A stretch of 64,000 nt of DNA from Owenia fusiformis. Lineage: Eukaryota. Shown here in pieces: positions 40,860-52,768 of this stretch (positions within the stretch are counted from its first letter, which is position 1; each line of letters starts with the position of its first letter). The notes below the pieces were generated by a model. The model ran no database searches and was not told where the DNA came from. It worked only from the letters and a program-made list of their open reading frames with translations. The stretch covers positions 38,502,001 to 38,566,000 of the forward strand of contig CAIIXF020000001.1 in assembly GCA_903813345.2 (NCBI GenBank), given 5' to 3'. The position numbers were made by a program, and so were the translations under genes.

Positions 40860-43423
40860 TATCTTATAAGAAGAATGGACCATGGGTGCTATATAAACTA
40901 TTGAGGTCTTGCTTCACAATTTTTGCCTAATGTTACCTTTAACATATTATTTATTTTTATTTGATCAAAAATAGTAGTTTACACCATTGGTTCAAGCTCC
41001 TAGTTTTGGAGAAATTGACTTTTTGTCATCAAAATATCGATTTTTTCACAATATTGAATATGGTATAGTGTTCCAAAATGTGATAATGTTGCAATTGATG
41101 TTTAGAAGTATCAATGTCACACAGTTTCAGCTTCTCAGGTTTTACAATTTTCTCTTGGCAATAAGTCAAATTTTGGCCATTTGATCTACCTTTTGCAATG
41201 TGACCTATTAATATTATTTAAAAAACGAGTTCTGTATAAGAAATCACCATTTTTGTAATCCATCAAATGGCGCCATTTTACTTTTGTTGATGCATTGAGT
41301 GCATTGAAACTTATTGAAGTGTATTTGAAAATGTTTATCATCCAAGTTTATTGATTAAAGAAATAAATTGAGTTAAATAATGCACTGAAGTAATCTTTTT
41401 ATGAATGATTCTTCAAAACTTCTCTCGCAAGAAGTCGACTCTACCCATCCCCCACATCCCGGATCCCACATACACCATATGGTTGTCATCTTCACTCTTT
41501 GATCCTATATTGTGGTCAGTGGAGACATACTTGTTTATTGATTTACTCACTATTTACAGCAGTGGCATGTGACAATTATCTCTACAAATATACAGAGTGA
41601 CATAAAAGTGCCACTCTCAAATGGAAAAACTTTTTCAATGATTAGTGAATCTTCATGAATTTGTTTGTGTAGATAGAGTGTTCGATACATGATCAATTGT
41701 CATACTTGTATAGCATCAACAACTTTGAGATTTAGAGATATCATGTTTTCTGTCCATGTATATGCTCTTGGTGAAGTCATCATAAAATGTTCAAAAATAC
41801 AATTTTCTGAAATTGGAATTTCTGTCTAATAGCCATTAATTTCTGGCATACTACTACATGTAATATGTTTCGATCCATGAAATATTATATATCATTACCC
41901 ATGTTTCTTAATACTCTAGGGGCGGGGAGGAAAATTCTCAATAAATGGTGTATAGTTGGTTTGGCAGCATTTTCTGTTAGGGGAGAGTCTTGGATGAAAT
42001 TTCCACCTAGGTGATAGCTTCACAGAGTGGTAGGAAGTTCTTTTTTTTGAGGAGTTAGCCCCCCACCCCCCAAAAACACCCCACCCTGGGGAAAAAATTG
42101 TTTACACTAAATAACCTTAGATATTTTGATGTTTGTAAGTGACATACATAGATATTATATATATGAATCACTTGCAGTATAATTGATGCTGATAACTCCT
42201 AAAGAATTTGAAAATTAGTACAAAGTATGTACCCCAGGGGGCAAATTCGTGACTCATTTTCTTACTATTTTGATTCTAACTTTTCAATTAGATTCTGTAA
42301 GAGGTTGGAAAAATTCATGTGAAATGCCTAATAGCAGGGTTAGTAACCCTGAAAGATGCAAAGCCATGGAAGAGGTAGGAGCTGAGAAAAAAATTGTTGA
42401 TTTTTCGAAAAATTTGACATTTTTGACAGCTTGATTTTGTGTATGACTATAGATGACCATTATAATTTCTAGATCCATCCCTCTATAATGATATTTATGG
42501 TTTTGCAGTGTGAAACTAAGATGTAAAACATAATTTAGATGGGTTTTAAGGAAGTTAAAGGTTTTAAACAAGTCCAAAATTTGAAAAATTGTAAATATAA
42601 GGTTTCAAATTTACGAATTCCAGGTATAGCCATGGCTGACCCCTATAGTTTCTAGATTCATCCCTCTATGATGATATTTATAGTTTTATAGTGTGGAACT
42701 AAGATGTAAAACATAATTTAGATGGGTTTTAAGGAAGTTAAAGGTTTTAAACATGTCCAAAATTTGAAAAATTGTTAATATAAGATTTCAAATTTACGAA
42801 TTCCAGGTATAACCATGGCTGACCCCTATAGGTTCTAGATCCATCCCTCTATGATGATATTTATGGTTTTATAGTGTGGAACTAAGATGTAAAACATAAT
42901 TTAGATGGGTTTTAAGGAAGTTAAAGGTTTTAAACAAGTCCAAAATTTGAAAAATCGTAAATATAAGGTTTCAAATTTTCGAATTCCAGGTATAACCATG
43001 GCTGATCCCTATAGGTTCTAGATCCATCCCTCTATGATGATATTTATGGTTTTATAGTGTGGAACTAAGATGTAAAACATAGTTTAGATGGGTTTTAAGG
43101 AAGTTAAAGGTTTAAACAAGTCCAAAATTTGAAAAATTGTAAATATAAGGTTTCAAATTTATGAATTCCAGGTATAGCCATGGCTGACCCCTATAGTTTC
43201 TAAATCCATCCCTCTTTGGTGATATTTATGGTTTTGTAATATGGAACTAAAGATGTAGAACATAATTTAGATGGGTTTTAAGGAAGTTAAAGATTTTAAA
43301 CATGAAACATATATTTTTAGAGTGCGAAACCAAGAAGTAAAACATACCGAAGATGAATTTTAAGGAAGTTTAAGAATTTTAACAAGTGCAATGTTTGAAA
43401 AATTGAGAAATATCAGGTCTCAA

Positions 43424-44078
43424 AGGAGCACGGAAAGTATCGCAACATATTTCAGACAGTCATATGTTAGATTTTGTCTGTTTCCTGAGGATCTAAGCAG
43501 GTGCATATGATAGGCCATTGCATAACCTACGGGAAAAGAACTCTTAGAGATGATAAAATAGTTTGGACTTTGAGACAGCGAAGGTGCAAACAATCCACCC
43601 ACATGTTTTTTCGGAAATGTTGTCCTGATTTTCAAGCCCTTTTACCCCTGCTTTTTCAATTTTTGTTGCATCAATATGTTGCGTTTTGAGACATAGTTTA
43701 CCCATAAAAAGGAATAATAAATTTCTTTTAGATAAAGCAGAAAACAATATTTTCCTGTTATTTTCCCATAGGGAAAACTCATGTGCTCCATTACTTTCAG
43801 CTTAATTTTGGTCAACCATATTTGATATCTTTTAAACCCCTGATGGAATGCATTATTTCTATAAAGGGGTTAACTGTGTGTCAAAACACAACATATTGAT
43901 GCATGTGGGTGGGTTGTTTGCACCCTGTCTCAAATAGAAATTATTTTATCATCTCTATGAGTGCTTTTCCTGGAGGAAATGCATTGGCCTAACATATGCA
44001 CCTCCTCAAATCCTCAGAAAATAGCAAAAATCCAACATGTGACTGTCCTAAATCTGATGCGATACTTTCAGTCCTCCT
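43424..44078. mobile_element. Kolobok-like non-autonomous element, family A, nested in the Academ left arm
   Basis: Long TIRs AGGAGCACGGAAAGTATCGCAACA...GATGCGATACTTTCAGTCCTCCT; degenerate TTAA-like flanks (TCAA/TTAC); second copy at 26666-27231. Confidence 0.7.
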
Positions 44079-45843
44079 TTACGATTTCAGGTATTGCCTT
44101 GGATGTCTCTCTTTTTGAATGTATGACTTTTTAGCCTAGAAATTAGATGTTGAAAATATTGTGGTCAGGTTTGATCCATGTTACAAGTATTGTTAAAAGA
44201 AAAATCATTAGAGTTGAGGACCTTATCCTAGAGTTCCTAAGGGGGTGAGAGGTTAATAAATCCCCCCCCCCTAAAGTGTAACTGCTCTTAGGGAAATCGT
44301 ATACAGTGTGGTAATTGATTGATTAAATGGATTATAACTAATTAATTATTATTTGATGATATTTATTATGTGATATAGCATTTTTACTTTTTCACATCAA
44401 AATGTTCGATGTAATGTTCTACATTGTCAAAATACATAAAGACATGGTTAATTAAAAGAAACATGATTTCTCTATATTTTGTTATGCCCATACTGTAATT
44501 AAGCAATGATCATCTCCTAATACAAAATATTATTATAAATTATCAAATTATAATACTACACTCCCAATAAAACAACTTGTCATCAGGCAACAGTAATTAT
44601 TTGGGAAAATAAGGATTATAAGGATCATACCCCGCTGGGCCTAGAAACTCCCGTTAGTGCAATGAGATTAGGAACTCCAGGATAAAAGGGTCTTGTCACA
44701 CTAAAATCTTCATGTAGATCAAAAAGTATACTATGGTGATATATATGATCAATATGTTTCAAACAAACAGACATTGTAGAAAATGTCTACATACTGACTT
44801 TGCAGATGACATTTTCTAGCAGTAGAAGAATTTTTTACATTTATTGAAATGATAGTCATAAAATTAGAAAATCAGCGTCATTTGATGCAAATTACTGCAG
44901 TCCCACATGTTCTCCTGCTGAATGTAAACAGAGTGAATAAGTTTAAAATCAGCCTCTTCAAGAGTGGAATTTAACAGGGGATTTCAGTTATCATTTTCAC
45001 AGATATTTGAGTTCTCTCCAATAGTTCTACTAAAACAATCTTGACATTTGGCACACTTTTAGAATGCTGCTTTATTGAATTTCTTTGTAATCTTTGAAAA
45101 TTTGTATTATATGACTTGGCCTAAGGGTATTCATATTTTTAGGTAATGGTGTAATTTCTTCTTTGAATTAAAGTTCAGTAGGGGAAGCATCCATTCTTCG
45201 CATTCTTTCAGAATCCTTTACTGATGGAGTCTACTATGAAATCTATTCTTTGGGCTCCTTTACTAGATTTGATGGAGTAGTCAGATATAGCTTTCCAAAA
45301 TTCTCCAAATTTCAACATATAAGTTAATCTTAATTTTCCTTTTGTCATAGCCATTGCATCGATCACGAAAGTTTTATCAGTTTGTGGTATGGTTACATCG
45401 ATCTCCATTTCAAACCCCTTTTTATTAAGTTCTGATTTTACAGATAAGATAGATGATCATTGTCAAACGAACTGTTTGTATCCATATAAGATCATAGTTT
45501 ATTCAATACTCCATATAACTGCATTCCAATTTACTACTCTCATAAACCCAAGGTCAATTTTAGATTCTAGAGAAAGTAATGAAACCAATAAGCTGATCAA
45601 TAACATTGACTAAAAATCTATAAATAGCATCATAGGGAATAGCATGCCAAGTGCTTGTATTTGAATTTATGTGGATTACTCATTTGGTAGACACCTTTAT
45701 CAAATCTTAAAGTGTTGTTGATTTTCAAGTTGTACAAGCAAAGTGTCATGGGTGCTTTCTTTTCCTGACATTGTATTAACATTGTGGTAAAAATTATCAA
45801 ATGCACCTAGTACAGTAGTTCTAGTTCATCATCTTGTATAAAT

Positions 45844-46467
45844 GGTAACTGGTCAACTCGTACCCAAGACAACTCGTACCCAAGACAACTCGTACCCAAG
45901 TATATATTTTGTTTTGAATCAAGTATTGGACTGGGAATGTGAATAGATATACATATTACAATTGTAACATACTGTTCAGAATAGTTTAAAGTTTGAAGAA
46001 GAATTTTCGGAAGAAATTGATTTAATTTTGTGACATTTTAAGCTGAGTGTCAATTTATATTGACTATTATTTTATATTGGTCACAGATTCAGGATGTTCG
46101 AGTGAAGAGACAAATGTTTATAATCATTTTTCAAATGTTTATGAGTGTTTGGAACAAGTGTCAGATGTAATGTTGTAATTATATTTATTTATATATATGT
46201 TTGACAAAAAAATGTTGAGAACAAGCGCTTCAAGCACTTCTTTTATTTAATAAAAAATGCTTAACTGATCCATTGAGAAAAAATGTCATCTAAATTCAAA
46301 AAAGATATTGAGGTTTATTTGATTCACATTATAACATGAAAGCATTAGAAACTCAATTTTTTCCCTAATATGCACCCATAATACTGAAAATAAGCTTGGG
46401 TACGAGTTGTCTTGGGTACAAGTTGTCTTGGGTACGAGTTGTCTTGGGTACGAGTTGACTAGGAAGC
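45844..46467. mobile_element. MITE with tandem 16-bp subterminal repeats and an 8-9-bp TSD, nested in the Academ element
   Basis: Left (CAACTCGTACCCAAGA)x3, right inverted (TCTTGGGTACGAGTTG)x4; flanking direct repeat GTATAAAT(G) at 45836 and 46468. Confidence 0.78.
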
Positions 46468-49400
46468 GTATAAATGATATATCATTATTGAAACCTGTAT
46501 ATCCCAACATCTGACTATTGTGAATACCTACCAATCATCCCAACACCTGACTAATCTGAACACCAACCAATCTGAACACTTTCCCAGTCCAATTTTTCCT
46601 CCCATTGACTCCTATGTTTAAAAAATTGAAATCTGAATACCTCTTACTTCGAACAGTGAAGACTCATATTTGAAAAATTAACCTGTCTAACTTGAACTCT
46701 TTTTTTTTTACCAAATATCACATATCTCTTACAAAATTGCACAAATATTGTCAGTTTAACACTGAATTGTTTTGATATCAAAACTTTTGAATATTGTCAG
46801 TTTAACACTGAATTGTTTTGATATCAAAACTTTTGAATTGGATTTTGGAATGCTATTAAGTTTAATATTATTAATATATTTCATTGAGAATGCATTCATA
46901 TTTCTTCAAAATCCAGAACTTGTATTGTACATGTAAAAACCTCAAAATTCAAACACTCCTAATTAGAATGCTTTTAGCTGGTCCAAATACCAGTAGCATT
47001 CAGATTAGAGAGATTTTACTGTAGTTCACGACTTTTCACTCCATCTATATGCAGCAGACTAACTGCTGCAACAGGTATATATTCTACACCTGATCTCTAA
47101 GCTATGATATCACTGTTGATACTATTATGCTCATAACCTTCAATTATCAGGGCTCATTCAAGGCTGTACCTGAATAATGTGAATTTGAGACCAATTTTGA
47201 GATCAATTTTTCAAATTTTGCACTTGTTTAAAACCTTGAACTTCCTTCAAACTCATCTTAAGTATCTTTTACATTTTAGTTAAATACTCTTAAAACTATA
47301 TATTTCATCCCTGAGGTATAGATGTAAAAACCATAAGGGTCATCTTTGGCTATACCTGAAATTCATAAATTTGAAACCTAACATTTACAATTTTTCAAAT
47401 ATCGGACTTGTTTAAAACCTTAAACTTCCTTAAAATTCATTTTGGATATGTTAAATCTTAGTCTCACACTCTAAAACTGTATATTTAATCATAGAGGTAT
47501 GGATGTAAAAACGATAAGGGTCAGCCATGGCTATACCTGAAATTCGTAAATTTAAAACCTTATATTCACAATTTTTCAAATTTTGGACTTGTTTAAAACC
47601 TTAAACTTTCTTAAAACCCATCTAAATTGTGTTTTACATATTAGTTCCACATGGCAAAACCATAAATATCATCATAGAGGGATGGATCTAGAAACTATAG
47701 GGGTCAGCCATGGCTATACCTGGAATATGTAAATTTTAAACCTTATATTTACAATTTTTCAAATTTTGGACTTGTTTAAAACCTTTAACTTCCTTAAAAC
47801 CCATCTAAATTATGTTTTACATCTTAGTTTCACACTATAAAACCATAAATATCATTATAGAGGGATGGATCTAGAAACTATAGGGGTCAGCTATAGTCAT
47901 ACACAAAATCCAACTGTCAAAATGTCAAATTTTTCGAAAAATCAACAATTTTTTTCTCAGCTCCTACCTTTTCAATGGTTTTGCATCTTTCAGGTTTACC
48001 ATCCCTGCTATTGGGCACTTCCCATGAATTTTTTCAACCTCTTACAGTGTCTAATTGAAAAGTTAGGATCAAAATAGTAAGAAAATGAGTCACGAAATTG
48101 CCCCCTGGGGTACACACTTTGAACTAATATTCAATTTCCTTAGGAGCAATCAGCATCAATTATACTGCAAATGATTCATATATATAATATCTATGTATGT
48201 CACTTACAAACATCAAAATATCTAAGGTTATTTACTGTGAACAATTTTTTCCCCCGGGTGGGGTGTTTTTGGGGGGTGGGGGGCTAACTCCTAAAAAAAA
48301 GAACTTCCTACCACTCTGTGAAGCTATCACCTAGGTGGAAGTTTCATCCAAGACTCTCCCCTAACTGAAAATGCTGCCAAACCAACTATACACCATTTAT
48401 TGAGAATTTTCCTCCCCGCCCCTTGAGTATAAATGATTTTGTCAAAGATGAACTTACTCACTTAATAATTGTGTCAATTTTAAGAAAGACAGTGGTGTCA
48501 GAGCATGCCTCCACAGAAAATGAGATATAAATTACAAAGTTGGTAATGCTATGCAAGCATACCAATCTTTCATTCACTGAACACTCTATCTACACATAAA
48601 AGTCAAGAAGATTTTTGTGACACCTTGTTTAAAAATTCAATTGTTAAAATAGTAAGACATTGAAATACATTTCACAGACTGTACACTAAAACTTATAAAA
48701 AAATTAATTGAATTGTAGAGATGATATGAAAATTGTTTTCAAACAAACTAATCATATACCAGGGTCAATAGCCAGGGGGTTAGGGTGACCCCCCCCCCCC
48801 CACTGGCGGATCCAGGGGGCCCATGAGTATTTTGAGCTAAAACATAGGTATACCATAAAGGTAAAAACACCTTATCTACTTTTATTTTAACTTACTAGAG
48901 TCTCTAGACATTTTCTTGGTGAAAATCTGAGAAGATGGTAACATTTAACTAAGTACGGAGACATGCAATGGTAGTAAGAAATATTACATATAAGATAAAT
49001 ATAAGGTTATTTATTTGTTCTCACCAATTTATGGATATATTCATTGGGCCTACATACATGTAGGTATACCATAAAGGTACAAATACCTTATCTATGCACT
49101 TTGTACAATAACAGAGACATGAGTGAAATGTACATGGGGCCAACAGAGGGGGAACTCTTTAGAGCCAAAAAGCAACTTTATAATCTCCATACAGAAGAGC
49201 CTATATTCATGACACACCACATATTTTTCTGTTTATATTAACAATGAGATGACCTTGATATTGAGATAGGAATATTTTACATCAATATACATGTTTCAGA
49301 TGTGCCTTCATGTACAGTAAGTTGGTATCTTCCAAATTATGTGTATTCATAAATATAGATGACAGTATGAACTAATAGCTACATGTACTTCAGTGTATTT

Positions 49401-49542
49401 ACAGTTATTATCAATATTTCAATTTTCACTTCCTTATCAATATAATATGAGGCTATCATGTGATTATGAATGGGAGGGGATATCACGTGAATTTAATAAA
49501 TGTACATTCTTTATCACTGTTTCAGATAAAAACGCTCAAAAG

Positions 49543-51651
49543 ATGGATGCTCTTCATACTTTTTATCACATTATTTTGGTGATATCAAATGTTGTACATG
49601 GACTTGATTGGTTGATAGATGATATTCCAATGCAATCGACATGGAGTGAGACCAGGGATGGTCTAGGTTTGCTCACTAATGGACTTATATCAAAGACATT
49701 TATTACTACCCCAGATTTTGCCTGCATCGACTTCTATGACAACCATACAACATTTTCGTCACTTCAGCGTAGCATTGAACCAGAGGCTGTGATAATGTTG
49801 GATGGAATTGTATATCCCATTGGTGGAGTACTAACTAATATACCTCTTGCATATTTGAATCGAAGTGCCTTTGCTCAAAACATTACACGCAATGAAAATG
49901 CATTCCATTTAAAGTCATCACTTGTAACATTTGATTTGACTACACCCTTTCCTTATACCCCTAGGCGTGGGGCACCTAAAAATATCAACTGGCCACCAAA
50001 GGGGATTCATATAGAATTTAATTTTACTGCTCCATTTTGGGCACCAGACTTTCATAAGGATTTGGTTGTGACTGTCACCTATGAAATGTATGATTCAGTC
50101 CCAGGCTTTTCAAAGTGGATAACAGTTACAGCGCTTAAACCTGTGCCAGACATATATGTGTCTTTTCTCTCTGTAGAATATCTGGCAGTGAATATGCCCT
50201 GGTCGCCTAATGGGAAAGGTTGGTTATTTGTGGAAACCGATCAACCTCATGGTACAAATGTGGTATGGGGATCAGATCCAGCATCCGTGTCAATGCCAGG
50301 TTCCTTTGAACAGACAGTGAATTGCACATATGAGACTGACCATCCTGTTGCTGTTCCTATTGTCAATTCTCTGAGCTCATTTAAAGTGCATGAACTTGTG
50401 ATTGCTTCATCTGATCCAGAAAGAATCGCTTTGTCCAAGCATAGATTATTCCGATTGCTGGCTCCTCATACTCAAGAAAATCCGATATTCTTCCATATGA
50501 CGAACCAGTCTTCCGAGGCATTCCGTACAGTGATTGATCAGATGGCAGAAGTCGGTTTTGAAATGCTTATCTACAGTTTTGGTTCTGGGTTCAATATTGA
50601 ATCTGAAGATGAAGCTTACATAAAGAGGATGGCTGCTGATATTAGGTACGCTAACTCAAAGAACATTGAAGTGGGTGGGTATGATTTAATTGCTCTTACT
50701 CGTCGAACAGCAGTTGATTGGATGGCAATAGACCCTAGTACAATGCAGCCTTCAGGGAACGCATGTTTTGCCTCTGACTGGTATGATTTCTTACTGAAGC
50801 GCATGATGACATTTATGGATCGCACCAATCTATCCATGGTTGAGACAGATGGGCCTTATGGAGGGTACCCATGCGCATCTACCAATCATTCACATCATAC
50901 CGATCTAGGGGATTCCATATACAAACAAAACACTCTCCAAGCCCAATTTTACACAACACTGAGAAAACGCTCCATCTACATTAACCAGCCTGATTACTAC
51001 TTCTACTCTGGAGGTAGTCGCACAGGTATGGGATATAACGAAAACCAGTACTCATTGCCAAGGTGGCAGGATATCAGTGTGAGCAGGCAAGGGATGTATG
51101 ATGACACATATCAACGTATTCCAACAGCTGGGTGGATGTTTGTTCCTCTAGTGGACTATCATGGTGGAGGAGAAGCAGCGGCATTCGAGCCACTTACAGA
51201 GCACATCGTGGAATATGAGTGGGCTCTGGCACAATACTTAGGAGCAGGGGTTGCTGCTTGTTACCGTGGTTACCGCCTCTATGATAGTCTAGAGACAAAA
51301 GCACTGGTCACTAAATGGGTATCATTCTACAAGAAATATCGGGACATTCTGATAAGTGATATTGTGCATGTACGGCGAGCTGATATGCAAGGGATTGATT
51401 CATTCATGCATGTCAATCCAAAGTTGGATTACAAAGGTCTTGCAATGGTGTTCAATCCCACCCAAACATCAATAGATATGAACCTGAAACTGCCACTATA
51501 TTATACTGGTATCCCTGATAAGGCTATGGTTCGTGAACAAGAAGGGCAGTTCATAGAATATGATCTTGATAGGGGGTATAATATAGAGGTCCCAGTCCAT
51601 TTGAAGCCCCTAGGTATAACATGGTTCCTCATTCAACAATCTGTTGATTAG
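49543..51651 (+). CDS. Secreted glycoside hydrolase-like protein (alpha-galactosidase-like, clan GH-D-type TIM barrel), intronless CDS, 702 aa
   Basis: ATG 49543 follows a splice acceptor (TTTCAG ending 49525) within ORF 49393-51651. Hydrophobic signal-like N-terminus MDALHTFYHIILVISNVVHG|LDWL. Motifs NPIFFH, IDQMAEVGFEMLIYSFGSGFNIE, VETDGPYGG, GWMFVPLVDYHGGG, GAGVAACYRGYRLYD resemble bacterial proteins annotated as alpha-galactosidase (from memory). Coding status is near certain; the product is less so. Confidence 0.8.
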   Translation: MDALHTFYHIILVISNVVHGLDWLIDDIPMQSTWSETRDGLGLLTNGLISKTFITTPDFACIDFYDNHTTFSSLQRSIEPEAVIMLDGIVYPIGGVLTNIPLAYLNRSAFAQNITRNENAFHLKSSLVTFDLTTPFPYTPRRGAPKNINWPPKGIHIEFNFTAPFWAPDFHKDLVVTVTYEMYDSVPGFSKWITVTALKPVPDIYVSFLSVEYLAVNMPWSPNGKGWLFVETDQPHGTNVVWGSDPASVSMPGSFEQTVNCTYETDHPVAVPIVNSLSSFKVHELVIASSDPERIALSKHRLFRLLAPHTQENPIFFHMTNQSSEAFRTVIDQMAEVGFEMLIYSFGSGFNIESEDEAYIKRMAADIRYANSKNIEVGGYDLIALTRRTAVDWMAIDPSTMQPSGNACFASDWYDFLLKRMMTFMDRTNLSMVETDGPYGGYPCASTNHSHHTDLGDSIYKQNTLQAQFYTTLRKRSIYINQPDYYFYSGGSRTGMGYNENQYSLPRWQDISVSRQGMYDDTYQRIPTAGWMFVPLVDYHGGGEAAAFEPLTEHIVEYEWALAQYLGAGVAACYRGYRLYDSLETKALVTKWVSFYKKYRDILISDIVHVRRADMQGIDSFMHVNPKLDYKGLAMVFNPTQTSIDMNLKLPLYYTGIPDKAMVREQEGQFIEYDLDRGYNIEVPVHLKPLGITWFLIQQSVD

Positions 51652-52581
51652 GATAAAAATGATGTATTCTAGCCTAGAAGATGCATTACTACCAGTTCAA
51701 TAGTACATGTACAATAAAAATTTCTAAAACTATCATGGCAGTCCAACTTTCGTAACCAATTACACAATGGAAAAAAATTCATACTGCACCACTTTTCTTA
51801 AAACTTGTTCCATTAAAAGCCAAATTGAAATATTCAAAATTTAGACAAGATGATAACATTTTGAACTCAGCAGAATAGCAATAGCAGAATAATAATGACA
51901 AGGTATAATGTGGATTGTCTTATGGTTAAACAAGCAATCAATGATGCAATTTTAACAGTGCAATTTTTAAGTAGAAAAACAAAAAAACTTATAACAATTA
52001 TTAGCTTTCAACGAGAAATTGTATTAACGAAGTTTCAGATTATTAATTTCTAACATTTAATTGGTCAAAATTCATGTTTGACTATGATGTAAGAAAATTG
52101 ATAATTATATTTGTTTCAGAAATAAGATGTCATATACAGTACATTTCCTTAACGTCGACACCCATTTTGTAGTTTGGTGGATTTGAAAATTTGCCATATT
52201 AAATCTTCACCAAAAAATGGAATTCAAGATAAATACATGTTATGTTTTATTATGGTTCGATATTGTCAAAATCCACCAATATTGCAAAATGAGCAGTAAA
52301 TAAGCACCAAATCAAAAACAAAACTGAACACAGGTATATTACATTAGACAAATACAATTCCAGTGTACCAAAATACAATCATATGCATATATTCATTTTA
52401 TATTATACTGTATATAAGTATGAGTATCAAGGTTGATTATGTTTAATTTAATGATGTGATATGATATTACTTTAGTAATGTGGAATGTGCTTATATAGGC
52501 TTGTTGAAAAATATATGTTACAATGAATACAATGCACCCAGTCTTCTTTCTGATATAATCCTTACACAGGAATATAATAAA

Positions 52582-52768
52582 CAGGCCCGTAGCCAGGGGG
52601 GGTTCGCAGGGTTCGGGCGAACCCCCCCCCCCCCCCCCCTGGCCAAAAATTCTTTCAAAATCATGCAGTTTTCCACCATTTTGAGCACTTCTCAAGTGAT
52701 TTTAGCCATATTTGGGCCAAAATTGTCAAATGTGAACCCCCCCTTGGCAAATCCTGGCTACGGGCCTG
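52582..52768. mobile_element. Short hAT5-like MITE (CAGG...CCTG, 5-bp TSD)
   Basis: TIR CAGGCCCGTAGCCAGG / CCTGGCTACGGGCCTG; TSD ATAAA on both sides; inverted copy at 62669-62873. Confidence 0.8.

Larger units (their letters stand above)
41912..48429 (-). mobile_element. Academ-type (AcademX-like) DNA transposon with very long, internally repetitive TIRs and a degenerate transposase/XPG region
   Basis: Ends TACTCTAGGGGCGGGGAGG...CCTCCCCGCCCCTTGAGTA with a 3-bp TSD TAA (41909-41911 and 48430-48432). Arms ~41912-43420 and ~47190-48429 are inverted and contain ~183-bp tandem units. Minus-strand remnants: GAFDNFYHNVNTMSGKESTHDT (~45745-45810), VIDAMAM...RIDFIVD (45208-45408), STLEEADFKL (~44940-44970). 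Confidence 0.8.

Noticed and set aside
46744..46836. ~47-bp direct duplication
   Set aside because: Simple two-copy local slippage inside the transposon; no further structure.
49393..49542. N-terminal 50 aa of the 752-aa ORF
   Set aside because: It starts at GTG and reads through intron-like sequence with an acceptor at 49525; ATG 49543 gives a signal-peptide-like start.
49543..51651. Bacterial contamination as the explanation for the intronless glycosidase
   Set aside because: It is embedded among host TEs and animal genes, with an upstream splice acceptor, AATAAA ~60 nt after the stop and no operon context.
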